Notes under the pieces: model-generated | What the model was told of the DNA's origin: nothing | The model's database searches: none | Seen by the model: only the letters and a program-made list of their open reading frames with translations | Shown: positions 35,825 through 49,622 of the stretch, piece after piece | Layout of the letters: the number at the start of each line of letters is the position of its first letter | Position numbering within the stretch: the stretch's first letter is position 1 | From: Blepharisma stoltei ATCC 30299 | Lineage: Eukaryota > Protista > Ciliophora | Assembly (NCBI GenBank): GCA_965603825.1 | Contig: CBFDEM010000052.1 | Coordinates: 575,579 to 639,578, forward strand | Length of the DNA stretch: 64,000 nt | Reading direction: 5' to 3' | Translations under genes and position numbers: made by a program

Positions 35825-36012
35825 TTAACTAATTCATTAAATAAATAATAAGACTAAGCTTTGACTTTATTCAATAAGACTTTCACTAATTAATTTATTA
35901 TGGCTTTATTAATTGTTTTATCTATTCTCATCAATTCTATTTATCTATATTTTATTTCAAGTTTTGAATTAAAATATCTTCATCTAAATCTATTCTTTGG
36001 CCATAAATAATA

Positions 36013-36906
36013 ATGAGTCTAAGCTGGCTATCAACCAAATCCCTTTTCGGGCTAACTATCGGACTCGGAATTGGATATGCAGGATTCAACTTCCTCTTCC
36101 ACAAAAAGCCCAAAGCCCACACCCACGAGACTTATGTTTCAAAAACCCTTCTCCTTGCTATACTAAAAGAAATAAACAGAGAAATGATCGCGCTCGCCAT
36201 CTCCCTCGCAACAACTGCAGCTCAAATCCGAGAACAAATGAGCCCAAATTATCCTGAAAAGATAATCCTACAAATGATAGAGTCCAGCAGTAAGTAATAT
36301 CTAGCTTCCTTTCCAAAGCAAATGGAATCGCTAGAAAAAAGAGTTTATGAAAGATTTAATACAAATAAAAAGGTCGTCGAAAAAGCATTTAAAAAGGATT
36401 TTCATGATGATCCGTAAACCCTAAACAGTGATATCCAAGACCTCTGTTTAAAGGCTAGAAAAATCGTCGAAAACGCGTTTAAAGGGATACTCCCAGTCAT
36501 AGGAAGTCCTTTACCAGATTTCATGACGTCTGATTTTGTGTTAAGTATTATGAGAGAAATTTATAACAAAAATACAAAGGCTACACTTATAATGATTAGA
36601 GAAGCAGAAACTAAAGGAATTTTAATCAATTTTAAAGACCAGCGCTTCATTGAAGTGACTCAAGAAATTGAGACAAAAATAGAGCTTGAAAAGCGGGAGA
36701 TTTTTGAAAAATACCGATTAATGCATTATGAAGATTCACCAAGCTGTATCATCCATAATGCCATTAAGCAATTTTCGCAGAATTCAAAAGAGTTTAGGAG
36801 AGAGTTAAATAGGATTGAAAATGGGTACCACAGCACGATTCAGCAGATCATGCAAAATCAGCTTTCTAGGGACCAAGAATTCCAGATAATGAATAGGCTA
36901 GATTAG
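36013..36906 (+). CDS. Hypothetical protein with N-terminal membrane anchor; introns 36290-36304 and 36414-36428
   Basis: Introns GTAAGTAATATCTAG and GTAAACCCTAAACAG join same-frame ORFs. Confidence 0.78.
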
Positions 36907-36962
36907 ACTTTTATTAAAATTTAATTTTAATGTGACTGATTAGAAAGCTTCTTTTAAATATC

Positions 36963-37232
36963 TTATTGGTTGTGCTTCAACAAATAATAAGCAAAAAATT
37001 CGACTGGGTTGCTTGGTCGACATTGGTCAAGCTCTGATAGCGCTTTCAGCACGATCTCTGAAACAGTTGAGTTCAAGTAAGTCCTAGTTGGCATTATTTT
37101 AGGATTCAATTTATTGTTAATTCTTTGTGCAGTCTCTTCTGCTTTGAGCCCTTCTTCTGGGTTGTCGTACCCACACTCTGGGTCAATCATTCTCATTGAC
37201 TTCGACTTCATCGAGGAAACTTCAGAGTCCAT
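36963..37232 (-). CDS. Dpy-30 motif protein
   Basis: PTRTYLNSTVSEIVLKALSELDQCRPSNPVEFFAYYLLK; true ATG at MDSEV. Confidence 0.87.
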   Translation of the reverse strand: MDSEVSSMKSKSMRMIDPECGYDNPEEGLKAEETAQRINNKLNPKIMPTRTYLNSTVSEIVLKALSELDQCRPSNPVEFFAYYLLKHNQ

Positions 37233-37261
37233 TTTATTTTTATTTAAAACATTATATATAT

Positions 37262-39193
37262 TTAATAAATCATGCATTTCAGGTTTCCTTTCCCACAAAT
37301 ATTTCTTCCTCCTTGGATAAAGACCTTAGTAGGACCTTCTACATTTCCGCTGATATTATGTTTCATTTCTTCAGGGTCATCTAAGAAGGTAACCAGGTCT
37401 CTAGATCCTTCGCCTATTAGCATAGCTCCCTGTGTGTTATCAACGATGAGAGTTTTCTCTATGACCACTCTGAATTTCGCAACGGTGATTCCATATGCTT
37501 TATTGATAGAGATATCACTATTAGAAAGAATGACTGTCCCTCTAAGGTTTTCTGGAGCTATTTGATCTTTTCCTTTCACATAAGAAGTGGGCTCTCTTGA
37601 CTGCATTAAATATACTCCGTTATGATAATTTTCTGTAATCTTGCATTGGTCAATTGTGATGCTTCCCTGGTAGAAATCGAGGACAGTGACTCCATTTTCC
37701 CCATTGCTGTATATTTTGCATTTTTTTATTTCAAGGCTTGTTTCAATTTCTGCTTCTTTATTGGAGCTACCTACCACCATTACCCCTCCTAAGCTGTTTC
37801 TATACAGTTCATTGTTATCGAAAACTCCTCCAGCGTCATACAAATATACTCCATAGCCTCCACAGGAATCATAGCATCGATTAAGTGTAACCATGATTCG
37901 GGAATCTGGGGTCAATTTGTATACTTTTTGCAGCCACAAGCCGCTTCCTTGGCTTCAATTAAAATCATTAGACAAAACATAGAGGTCTTGGAGCGCTAAA
38001 TGGCGCACAGCTAAAGCTTCTTTAGCAGACTGCTCGATTTTATTTTTTATTATATTCACAATAGATGGAAAATGGCAGACATGCTCGCTTCAAATGCTGA
38101 CTCCATAAGCTCCAGAGTTTTTTATGTCATTTCCTTCAATTCTAATCGTCCTTGATTGGATTTCTCTTGAATTCGTCAAAGAGCCAGACCGTGAGCTGGG
38201 TTTTCCAAAACTTGAATTTGGAATTATCCTAATTTCGACTGAGGTTTTTTGACAATTTTGAATGACGCTTTCTAATAGTTGAAAATTGGTAGGGTTTAAT
38301 ATACTGACTCCATTTCCAATACAGTTGTTTATATGAGTTTTTTCAATATGAATTGAGGAGTTTATACCTCCTTTGATAATCTCATGGAAGTTGCTGATAT
38401 TGCACGATTTTATGACAAGAGAACTGTTATATCTCAAATCAATCCTTGTTGCGTGTCTCTTGAAAGAAATTCCATTTGCTCAAAAGCAAACATCTTGCAG
38501 CTCTTCTGAAGAGTCCTCTACTGTAGAAACCATCTCTTTTTCTTCATGATTGATGCTTCGAATATCACAGTCGCGTACTTCTATACTTGTATTTGGTGAG
38601 TCCATAATAAAGAGTGCTGGCGGAGACGTGCTGGACTTAGCAGCACCCCCAGTGAGGTTAAAAATAATAGAAAGCTCACACATCAGCGCTGATTCTGATA
38701 TTGATCCAATCATGCTCTCTTTCGAGTGACTGCTGAAATCAACTACAATTGACCCGTTCGCTATTTCCAAGGTGCAGCCAGGCGTTCCTTTGATGGTTAT
38801 CGGGGATGTAATCAAAAGTCCATTTAAGGTGATGTTTTGGGGAGGCAAAGTGATTATTGCTCCAGGAGCCGCTTTCCTTATAACTTCTTGAAGTCTTAAA
38901 GCGACGTCGTTTTCGTCCTGAAAGCTTAAACGACTTAAGTCAATTTCTTGGAGCCCAATTGAAAAAAGTTGCTCGATTGTTCGAAATGAATCTTGAGATA
39001 TCGCTCTTGAAATCTCCATGCTAGGACGAGATATCGAGGTTTGAAATTTCCCTGAGCAACTGAACTGAGAGCGGTTGCTCATTGATTCTTCTTTGTAGTG
39101 GAGATCGTTTGCGTTGTGGTAAAAGGTGTTTTTGAGGATTTTTCGTTCGATATTTGAAAGGTTATTCTCTTTATGTGAATACCCACTTGACAT
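37262..39193 (-). CDS. Right-handed parallel beta-helix (PbH1) repeat protein with CaaX-like C-terminus (CMIY)
   Basis: Repeats such as IKKCKIYSNGENGV and IDQCKITENYHNGV; three ORFs joined by TGA. Confidence 0.8.
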
Positions 39194-39601
39194 AATAAAA
39201 TATGGGAATTTAATTTGCCTTTTGATTTAATAGAAAATCAGCGTGAACAGGATTTGCAGATGCTTGCTGAAGTAATATTCGGTAAGGAAATTGAAGAAAT
39301 CCTATGAGGGCTTAGCAAAGAGTAGAAGATTTTTGATTTTTTAATCAATGAATTTAATTATAAAAGATTGCTATAAATTTATATACATTAAAGCAATATG
39401 GAAAGAAAAAAAATTGAGAAAATTTTGATTTATTTTGTAGATTGTCTCTTAAACTCTTTAAGGTCATTAATGATTTAAAACCATTAGCACAAAATGAGCC
39501 TCAAAAACTTAAAAAATATGTTGGCTTTCGTGCATATGAAATAGTGAGAAGTTAATTATTGATAAAGTAAAAAAATTGAGTTGAAAATCTTCTCACGATA
39601 A

Positions 39602-40990
39602 ATGGCTGAGCAACTAAAAAGAAAAATTGACTCTTTAGGCATTTCGAATAAAACTTTATCTGAAATAACCAATCTTACAGGGTCAACACTTGACAAAGTA
39701 CTGAAAAGAATCAGGATCAAGTGAATAAATGATGGGCAAACCCAGAAAATCAAGCTAAAACAACTAATTGATGATAGAAATTCTGAAGAAACTGACAAAG
39801 AAACTCAGCAAGCATTGCTGGAACGACGTCAAAAAGAAGAGGAAGAAAAAGCAATCGCAGCTTTAAAGCTAACTAAAAAGCTAAATAAAGAAATGAAAGA
39901 ACGCGAAGAAAGATTAAAAGAACGGGAAAATGAAATGCTAAGGAAAATACAAGAAGAAGTTTTACTTGAAGAAAAATTGAAGGAGGAAATGCTGCTTGAA
40001 AAAGACGAATTGAAAAGGCAGCAACTAAAAGAGCTTCAAGAAAAATCACGCTCAAGAAAAAAGGAAATCGCGTTGATGAAAGAAATTCAAGAAAAAGAAA
40101 CCAAAAAAATTTTATCTGAAAAGCCTCTATATCAAAAATTAGACGAGCTTTATACAAATGAAATACTTATGCCAGAGCTTGAAAGAAAAAAAGCTGAACT
40201 CGCCAAAAAGAGAATGCTCTTTAAGCCATTAGATCATAATGAATTAGCTGAGTACGAAAAAAGGCATGACGAGATGCTAAGAGAGTGCGAAGAAAGACGC
40301 AGAGAAAGAGCCAAACAGAGATCTATTGATCACATAGCGAACTCTGCTTCTCTTGACTTAAAGTCAAAATTCTACGACAACATCCTAGAAGAAGAAAAAA
40401 AGCTGAAAGAAGAAAAAGAAAAAGAATTTTTACAGAAAAAGCTAAAACTCGAAAAGCAGCTTTTATATTCAGAAATAATTAAAGAGGCATATTCACCAAT
40501 AATAGACCCAGCAAAGCAAAAAGAAATGAAATTATTAATAGAAAAGCTAAAGCATGACCCTTTTTCAGCTCGACACAAAAAGTCTATAAACAGCTGAAGC
40601 GAGCGAAGAGTCTCTGAAGGGAATCAATCGATTCATTCAAGAAAATGAAAAGAAAACCCTATGGTCCCGAAGCTTAAGCCTCCAAGAGAGCCAATATTTA
40701 TTGACTATTTAGCAGAAAAAAGGAAAGAAAGAGAAAACTCAGACTCCCCAGTCTTTGGAAGAAATGCGAAACAATGAGTCGAAGGTCTGGCTGACACAAA
40801 TCTCACAGATCGAGACAGGATAAAAATCAAAGCAAAAGCAGCCAAATTAGAAAGATATGTACAGCAGCAAGAAGTCAAGCTCGAGTTCCTTGATCCATAT
40901 AATGGAGAAGGAATCAAGGCGGCTAATGACTTAAACGACATGTTGGTGAGCTCTATCAAAGCCAAGCTTGCACTACTCGAAAAAGTATAA
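39602..40990 (+). CDS. Coiled-coil protein, 462 aa
   Basis: E/K-rich heptads; continuous ATG to TAA with TGA=Trp. Confidence 0.8.
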
Positions 40991-41153
40991 TTTTGATAAA
41001 TTTCTAAACAATTCCACAGATGACTGGCTCCAATCTTTAAAACGATCTAATAATTGTTTAATTTTTGAACCCACCCAACTCCCATTTTTATTTGCTGGAC
41101 ATTTTTAGGCTTTTTTTTGTAACAGACATGACGATAATAATAATAAATTAGCG

Positions 41154-41873
41154 ATGATTAACTTGAAAACAGAGAAAATACACATAAAGTGTTCTGATTG
41201 AGTTTGGACTTTATTCCAGGCTATTCAGATCTCAATCATCGGGCTCATGACTTGGTCTCTCTTATCAGAAGATTGGCTGAAACTCGGGTTTTCTGGCCAA
41301 TATTATGATTTGAGATGGACAGGCTCTTTGAACTCAGTTCACAAGGGCCTAGGAGGTCTTAAAGGCACTTCATACTCTGACTTATTTAAGGCGTACTGCA
41401 GCAGAAGTGATTTGTCCCAAGACATCCAAATCAACGAGTCAACTTGGTGCAAAATGTTTGCGTCCCTTTGGGTAAGCGAAATTGTTTACGTCCTATTCGA
41501 AGTTGTGGCGATGCTATTAATGGTCAGTTGGACCATTTCCCTGAGACTTGCTTTAAAGACCAACAAATTAAGGCGAGTCCCTGGCATATGCTCGGCCAAT
41601 GGAGCATGGGTTTTGCATGTAGCCGGATTCATCACGTGGATGGTTCTGTCTCGTGCAAATTTCAGTGGAGACTGCAACAAGGAAAGTGATGGAAAATCAC
41701 CTCCTAAACTTTGCGCTCTTACTGGCCCTACTATTGCTCTGGCCTTGGCAATAATAATGCCTATCTTGGCAATATCATATCCATTCCTCATAAGATGCCT
41801 TACAAAATCGGTTGAAACTCAGTCCGCCATTCCTAAGCAGCCTGAAGGGAAGATGATAGAAGTCACAGTATAA
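41154..41873 (+). CDS. Four-TM membrane protein (claudin-like topology)
   Basis: Four hydrophobic segments with Cys in the loops; start extended through a TGA. Confidence 0.7.
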
Positions 41874-41903
41874 TATAAATAATTGGAATATGAGTAATAA
41901 TAA

Positions 41904-42917
41904 ATGTGGATCTGCTTAATATCTATATGTGTATTCGTGATATCACCAATAATGATCATCGAGCTTTGCCTTTATAAGCTTAGACCTTTAATCAAATATA
42001 CAAGAAATCTCCCAAATTCAGGAGTCGACATATTTCGTAGGTGAGATATACCAAAATGAAATAGGCTAAAATTTTACCTTGGGGCAATCATATTCCTCTA
42101 TCTCAGACTGCTCCTCCTTTTTACATGTGTATTTATGCATTGGGTTTCAGCTAAAATTGTGATGTATAAATTCCCTATAGAGTCACAGCCACTAACTTCT
42201 AAAAGACGAGCATTTTTCAAGCTTTCTTCAAGGTTTTGGAGCAGGACGTTACTACTAGCTTTGGGATATTGGAAAATAACTAATCATGGGCAGGCTATTG
42301 ACAAAGTTTGTGTGCTTGTTTCAAATCATACATCTTTTATTGATATTTTATACTTTCTTTGTGATGAAGACGTTCCTTCACTTGTTTCCAAAAATGGGGT
42401 TAAAGGATTTCCATTTATTGGGACAATAGCGACGGCAATGCAATGCTTGTTTATTGATAGATTTGAAGGCAGAGAAGAAGCGCTAAAATTGATAGAAAAA
42501 AGAGAAATTGAGATAGCTAAGAAGGTCGGGTACCCCAAGCTGGTGCTATTCCCGGAAGGGACCACTACAAATGGAACTGGACTGCTATATTTTAAAAGGG
42601 GACCTTTTATTGCTAAATTGCCTGTGCAGCCAATTGTGTTGAGATATCCAGAAGGAAATTTCTCAGCCGCTATAGATGTGATTCCTATATGAATTAGTGC
42701 AATTTTGTTGATTTGCCAAATTAGGAATCAGCTAATTGTCAATAGGCTACCAGTAGCTCTACCAAGAGAAGATATAACAATAAAAGAATTTGCTGAGAGT
42801 GTTAGAGCAACAATGGCTGACTTTATGAAAGTCCCTATGGTTTCAACAACAATTGAGGAGAAAAATGAATTGATCTCAAAAATATTTGGCTATAAGATTA
42901 AGGATAAAAGTGTTTAA
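41904..42917 (+). CDS. Lysophospholipid acyltransferase (LPCAT/PlsC family)
   Basis: SNHTSFID, FIDR, FPEGTTTNG, FKRG..PVQP. Confidence 0.9.
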
Positions 42918-43086
42918 ATAATTAGGTTAAATTTTTGAATTAGTGCTCTAATTGTTTCAGAATGCGATTAAAGCAATCTAAACTTGGAAATGATATTATA
43001 AAACAAAATTTATCTATTTCTGTACTGAAGAGAGCTGATGCCGTTTTTATTCATAAAATGTTGAAGAAATTTTAACTATAAAAATA

Positions 43087-43785
43087 ATGGCAGACAACAC
43101 TGTAAAAGTTCACGGAGTCATTCTTTCGCCTCCTGTTAGGGCTGTCCTCATATTTTGTCAACTTCATAGCATTCCTATCGAATTCCTTGATGTTGATATG
43201 GCCCACGGTGCTCATAAGTCTCCAGAATATTTAGCAATTAATCCTTACGGCTTGGTTCCTGCCATTACTCATGGAGACTTCCATTTGGGTGAGAGTGGAG
43301 CAATTGTCTACTATTTAGCTGAAGCTTTTCACATAGACAGCCAATGGTTCCCTGCAGACCTCCAACAGAAAGCTAAAATCAACTCATCACTCCATTGGCA
43401 TCATACCAATACTGTGAAAAATATTATCCCTTATACCTACAATAAGGTCATTGCTCCTATGTTTTTGGGAAAACCTCCAGTTACTCCTGAGTTTGAAGCT
43501 GAGCTTATTGCAAATGCACGCACATTCCTTAAATCCCTTGACGATTTATTCGCGACTGGGGTTTACATTGCAAGAACCGCTCACCCAACTTACGCAGATG
43601 CTCTATTGTATTGCTTTGTCAGTCACTTGGAATTGGTTTCGTTTGATTTCAGTGCTTATCCAGCCCTTAATAGATGGAGAGATGAGCTAGGTGCAATTCA
43701 AGCTGTAAGAGAAGTGCATGAGCCATTCAGACAAATCGTAGCACGCATTGTTCAAAAATCCCAAGCTCCTCAGCCCTCAGCATAA
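43087..43785 (+). CDS. Glutathione S-transferase, theta-like
   Basis: SPPVRAV, INPYGLVPAI, LGESGAIVYYL, LHWHHTN. Confidence 0.92.
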   Translation: MADNTVKVHGVILSPPVRAVLIFCQLHSIPIEFLDVDMAHGAHKSPEYLAINPYGLVPAITHGDFHLGESGAIVYYLAEAFHIDSQWFPADLQQKAKINSSLHWHHTNTVKNIIPYTYNKVIAPMFLGKPPVTPEFEAELIANARTFLKSLDDLFATGVYIARTAHPTYADALLYCFVSHLELVSFDFSAYPALNRWRDELGAIQAVREVHEPFRQIVARIVQKSQAPQPSA

Positions 43786-43952
43786 TTTATTCTAATTAAA
43801 ACTTAAATTGCAATTGAAATTAGCATCAAGCTGAATTAAAAATCTGTCTAGTTTCTCTACTCAAAAGAAAAACCTGAAAATGAGTAAATGTAAGTGATAT
43901 ATAATCTCAATCTATTTGAAAAGAGAGGGATTATAATATAAATAATACATAA

Positions 43953-44519
43953 ATGCTGAAAAGATTATTTTCTTCAGTACCTTCGATATTAAAACTAGAA
44001 GAAGTAGTTAATCTCTCAGCTCTCGAAAAAGAAACCCCAGAATCAATTACTTCACTCTGAAATAACTACCATCAAAAAGCACCTGACATGGTTTCTGCTG
44101 TGATTTCTTCAGGCGATCTTGAAAAACTTAACTCCAGAGTCACTGAAAGCTCAATCTTCCTTTTCCCAATAAGACGGAAAAATGAGCACTTCTTGATGAT
44201 TTCGCAATCTGTGCAGAGATTGGCTGTGTTCTCAAATTTTGATGAATTTGAAAAAAACCCTGAAGAATGCAAGTCAAATCTGATGATAACTTTTTTTGAT
44301 GAGCTGGAAAAATCGAAAGGTATTGTTCCTGTGAAAGGAGATATGATGGATGATTATCTTAGTAAGCCTGAATGTGAAATGCTATTAAAGAGCTACTTAG
44401 ACTATTACCTTCTTGATCATCTTTATCATGCTCATATATATAAGTTCAACTCAGATCCAGAAACTTTTAACCATTCGGAATACATCAACAGCTTTTTCTC
44501 TAGGTTTAATAAAGAATAA
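43953..44519 (+). CDS. ATP11: Mitochondrial F1-ATPase assembly factor Atp11-like
   Basis: MLKRLFS presequence; ITSL-W(TGA)-NNYH..VSAVI, FLFPIRR, DELEKSKGIV, FNSDPETF. Confidence 0.75.
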
Positions 44520-45052
44520 TAAGAGATTATGATGCAATCAATCTTTAGAATTTTTTATTCATATAATAGAGGTCGTTGAAATAGTCTGAGACAAGTTGCT
44601 GTAGAGGCTAAGATTCAAAATTATTAAACAATTCAGCCAATAAATGCCCTTTATAGCCTAAACATTTGTAAGTTAATAAGATTATTTTAGAGATCTTGTT
44701 CATATTTTGAAGAGCTATTTATCTGGTTTTGTTTAGAAGCATTGTTTGCTATAAAAATTGAATCTTAATGTTTATATAATCATTAGAAATGACGATTAAA
44801 TCTCAATAATAATAAGTAATTAGCTAGTCATAATAATGAATGCAATTTAAAAGAGATTTGATACTTATGTAGCTTCACAATGAAAGCTTTGTCTTAGGAA
44901 GCTACTATAAAGGTCTAACCCTTTTTTGTTTCTCATGATGGCTTGAGTTTTTTGACAGATTCTTCATTTCAAAATTGTGCTCTATAGCAATATATTTACT
45001 TTAATATAAAAATCTAATCAATCACAGCTTTCAAATTGAAAGGAATTGTACA

Positions 45053-45250
45053 TTATTTATTGCAAAGTTTCCTCCTCTTTTGTTTTATAAGATCATCAAT
45101 AAACTTCAATAGATCTTCTCTCTGCTTAAGCTCATCTTCTAAGTTTTTTATGTCAGCAGCTACGAGTTCTAATCTATGCTTTAGATCTTCTATAGAGAGT
45201 CTCGAAAGCTTTTTTTTAAGTTCATCATATGATTCTCCTTTGACCTCCAT
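45053..45250 (-). CDS. Small coiled-coil protein, 65 aa
   Basis: ATG-TAA ORF with leucine heptads. Confidence 0.45.
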   Translation of the reverse strand: MEVKGESYDELKKKLSRLSIEDLKHRLELVAADIKNLEDELKQREDLLKFIDDLIKQKRRKLCNK

Positions 45251-46455
45251 ATATAACTGCAACTATTTATGAAAATTATTAAATTTCATCAAAGCTTTAA
45301 AATCCCATAAACTACTTTTTAGAAGTATTGAGAAGGATACAAATATTCGCAATTATAAGCATCTTTAAGCTTAGAAGTGCTTCTTGTATTATTAACTGCT
45401 GATGATAATATTTTTTATATAAACAGCTAATGTAGTTTGCTTGTATTTGAATCTATAAAAATAAATAATAATTCAAATATAGCTTTGGAATGCTCAAACT
45501 TATGTTGATTTAATGCTATAAACTAATTTTAGACATTGAATATAGGCAGCCATACAAAATTCATTTCATCCAGCCCAATATAATCTTCAAGTTTTGTGCT
45601 TTAAACTGCTGCTGATACTATAAGAAATAGAAATGAAGCCATCATGCAAAATAATTAATTAGCAATTTTACTACCAACAATTTATTCGGTTTTTAGCATT
45701 AGCGTATTAATTGATAATAATATTTTATTAGAATTAAAACTTTGAGAAATTGATGGAGAAACTGGAGAAGGAATTGAAAAAGAAATCGTAGAATGGAGAA
45801 AGAAAAAATAGAAACGGTTTTAATTTTTAGAATAATAAATAAAAAAACGGACGCAATCAAAGAATTTCATAAAGTGATCCTATGAGAGAAAGAAGATACC
45901 AATGAGAGATGGAGCAAAAGAAGAGACTGACCCAGCATGAAGTATAAGCAGCAAAAAGAAAAGAAGCTGGGAATATGAATGGGCTAAGGCAGGCTGGTAT
46001 AGAGTATTTCTAAAATAAATCCTTAAGGTCATAAATTCCCTGATCAATGAATGAATGATAAGTTATGCCTAGTTAAATCAGCAAAAATATTTCATTATTT
46101 TAAAGCTGAGTAAATTAGTATGCAAATTAAAATGGTTATCAATTAAATAAATCCCTAAATATCACATTATTTTCTAGCTTTAAAATTGTGATTTTCTCCA
46201 TTACATTTTAAAAATATTGGTTTTATGAGATGATTTTTTAAATAAATAGCTTAATTTAAAAAAAGAATTTAAGGAAGAGCATTTTAATTAGCATCTACAT
46301 TAATATTTTGTTACACAATTTTATCATATTTTTTAATCAAAATGCAGCTTTGATCTCTTTGATATTTTATATTACGACTGCTATATTTTAATATCTCTGT
46401 GCCTTTCTAAGGTTACTGGTTAGCTTTAATAATCTTACAAGCTGATTTATAATAA

Positions 46456-48687
46456 AACTCAATTTTTGCAACCATTATTAAAATTCTCTCGTCAAATTCT
46501 AATTTATTAGGAATTCATTTCCAAGAAAAACCAAAAAGATCTCTCCTGGCCAATAGAAGGCTTACACATATAACTCCATCTCCATTGGAAGATTCCAACA
46601 AACCTTGAAAAAATAAAATCAAACCAGATAACTCCAAAATAGAGCAAAGCACGTTCAACGATTCTTCATTTGGCTTTAGATCGAAATATCAAGATGTTTG
46701 GAAAAGAGCCCGCTCAAGACTTCTTGCTTTGATTTTGCTCAAAAAGAATATCAAAACAGTCAACCAAAATTTTATCACAGTCAACGAATTTAATGAAGTT
46801 CGTCGCTCAAGGAGCTCTCTAAGAGTTGTCGAAGCTTTTAATGAAGGCCTTGAAAAAATTCGGGAGCCAGTTCCTTGGGGAATTATCCACCCAGACCATA
46901 AATTTCGAACATTCTGAGACTTGGTGATGGCACTAATTTTGATATATACAGCCACAGTAATGCCATACAGCATGGCTTTTGTGAATTCGACAATGTGAGA
47001 CACGTGATTTATGCTTGATTTAATTGTCAATTGCTTCTTTATTGTGGATATAGTTGTTAATTTAATGTGTGCATACGTTGATTCTGAAGGAAAGCTAGTT
47101 AAAAGTAGGTGGCGCATTTTTCTGAAATATTTTAAATCGTGATTATTGATTGATTTAGTATCGTCAGTCCCATACAGCCTGCTTCCTAGCGATGCAACAT
47201 CTTCTGGTGGAAATTATAACGGCAGTATGTCTTTATTGAGGCTGCCTAGGCTATATAGATTATTCAGAATCTCCAGAGTGGTAAAGTTATTGAAAAAGTA
47301 CAAAAATAGCGAATTTATAGAAAAGCTTCAAGATTTCTTCAATTTAAAAACAAACAGAGTCAGACTCTTGACTACTGTTATTACTTTAGCCATTTGCATA
47401 CATATAGCAGCATGTCTTTGATATTTTTCTGCCAAAATTAATGGATTTTATTATGATACCTGGATATTTAGAAATGGATTAATGGATGAAAATACTGGAA
47501 CTTTATACTTGACTTCACTTTATTGAGCAATAGCAACCTTATCAACTGTAGGCTATGGTGACATCTATGCACGGACTATATTGGAAAAAATATTTGCAAT
47601 TATATGGATGATTTTCACTGTTTATGTTTTTTCATTTGTTATTGGCAGCTTATCAAATATGCTTTCAGGGGCTGATTCAAAAGAAAATGTTCTGATTAGT
47701 AAACTTGCAATTATAGATGAATTCGCTAAAGAAGCGAACTTGGAAAAAGGCTTAAAACATAGACTCAGAATTGCCCTTCGTTACTCTACTGAAAAAACTG
47801 GCTTTTCTTGGGCAGACAAACAAAATATATTCAATGAGCTGCCTAAGAATTTCCGTTACGAAGTTGCTATGGCAATGCATAGAGGAGCAGCTAAAGATTT
47901 AACCTTTTTTGCAGACAAAGACCAGGTTGTCGTTGCCTCTATTGTCCCTTTCTTGCAGCCAATGTTCGCCAAAGGAACTGAGCTGGTTTATGATAAAGAC
48001 GAGTTTTCTGATGAAATTTATTTTGTTGTGAAAGGAAATATCAGTTATGTTTTTGGCAAGGAGAATAAAATAATAAGGTCTACACAAAGAGGAGGATATT
48101 TTGGGGACATTGAAGTTGTGAGCAGAATCACAAGAAAATATGCTGCCTTAGCAGTTAGAGATTCTGAATTATTGATCATGGGAAAAGCACTAATAAATAT
48201 AACCATGGAAGAATATCCTCATATATGAGATGAAATCGTTCTTGTAGCTGCAGAAAGAGATAATATCAATCAGAGAACCATTGCAGAAATTGAAGTGCTA
48301 AACGCCATGAAAAAAAAAGGAGAGCTAACTTCAATCAATATGGTAAAGTATAAAAAAGAAGTTGATAAGTTCATGACAAGAATGAAATACAAAGACTTGA
48401 AAAAAAGAGTCAACTTAGACCCCAAGAAGCCTAGTCTGGAAGATATAAATATTAATGACCTCAATGATAAAATAGACTCTATTTTCAAAGGCATCGAAAT
48501 GTTGGAAAATCAAATTAAAGAGCTTGGCCAAATGTCAGCAATAGCAAGAAGTCCAGGCAGAGCAAAATTACCTCCACTTGTTAAGAAAGGCTCAAAATCC
48601 CCAAATGTCCGAAGGCTAAGTAATTCATTTAGCGTCATTAGCAGCCTATCTTTAGTTAGATCATCGAGAAGTTGCCTTTATATCTAA
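46456..48687 (+). CDS. Cyclic-nucleotide-binding-domain K+ channel (EAG/HCN-like); start codon unresolved
   Basis: IIHPDHKFRTF-W-D, S4 LLRLPRLYRLFRISR, pore Y-W(TGA)-AIATLSTVGYGD, CNBD YFGDIE; many in-frame TGA. Confidence 0.9.
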
Positions 48688-48851
48688 CTTGTCTTGCTGG
48701 ACTTACTATGCTCCTCTCATATGAGACTCAAATGCTAATTTTTATGTCGCGCATCAAGCAGTCTAGCCAGATGGTGTGCCCCATCAGCTGTTTATAAGCG
48801 CCGCCATTTAATTTATATGATGAAACCATGACATCTTTAATATAAATAATA

Positions 48852-49523
48852 ATGCATAAAAGAGATCGCAGTCTCCCTATAGATCTAAAAAAAATCGATA
48901 AATTAACTGAGAACATTTTGATTCTTCGAGATTCCTTAAGAAGCAAAAGAGAAAAAGTCCAAGATTTCATCAAAAGAAAATCTAAGTACACTAATGACTG
49001 ATTGTCAAACCCAATTTTTAAAAGGGTAGAATTTAACTCGACAATTGTTTACCAGGATGAAAAGCGAAAAGCAAATGAATTTTGAAGTAAAATCAAGCAC
49101 GACGAAAAAATCAAGGCGCTAGGCTTGCAGGAAAGGTACTTTTCTCTAGAACACAAAAATGGGGTAAACGAATGTGAAGCTTATTATTTTGATAAAAATT
49201 CCTGAAATAAAATCAGGGAGTGCTTTAATATCCAAAAACGAGATTTTGGGAAGCAAAGCCAGTTGAATAAAACTATATGGTTCACAAAAGTAGCAAGAAA
49301 AACACCAAAAAAGAGACAAACAAAACTTTTGAGAAGAGATAAAGTGATAGATGGTGAACGACGAAGAATATATAAAGGAATAAGCCACGGGAAGGTTGTA
49401 ACAGAAGATTTCACTAGACCTGCAGCAGAGAGTTCAGTGTCATTTTGCTTGCCAATAGAGCAAAATGATGCTTCACTTAAAAAAACATTTTTCAAAAATT
49501 TTGCATTGACGCACAATGCTTAA
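48852..49523 (+). CDS. Hypothetical basic protein, 223 aa
   Basis: ATG-TAA frame with three TGA codons; only the tail appears in the ORF track. Confidence 0.65.
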
Positions 49524-49622
49524 TTTGGCTGCAAATTTTGGCGATAGCAAGCATAAGCAATTATCAGAAAGATTTTAATAATCAGACATTTGCCCAGCAA
49601 AACCGATAAAATCATACACCTT

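Noticed and set aside
36419-36427. Telomere-like CCCTAAACA; also CTAACACCC near 6532 as a telomerase RNA template
   Set aside because: Short chance matches inside an intron and inside PKG coding sequence.
36963-37298. Dpy-30 fused to or overlapping the beta-helix gene
   Set aside because: The beta-helix gene stops at TAA 37262, and Dpy-30 has its own ATG at 37232 after an AT-rich 29-nt gap.
45745-46020. Purine-rich coding-like stretch
   Set aside because: Interrupted by TAA/TAG with no recognisable motif; at most a decayed remnant.
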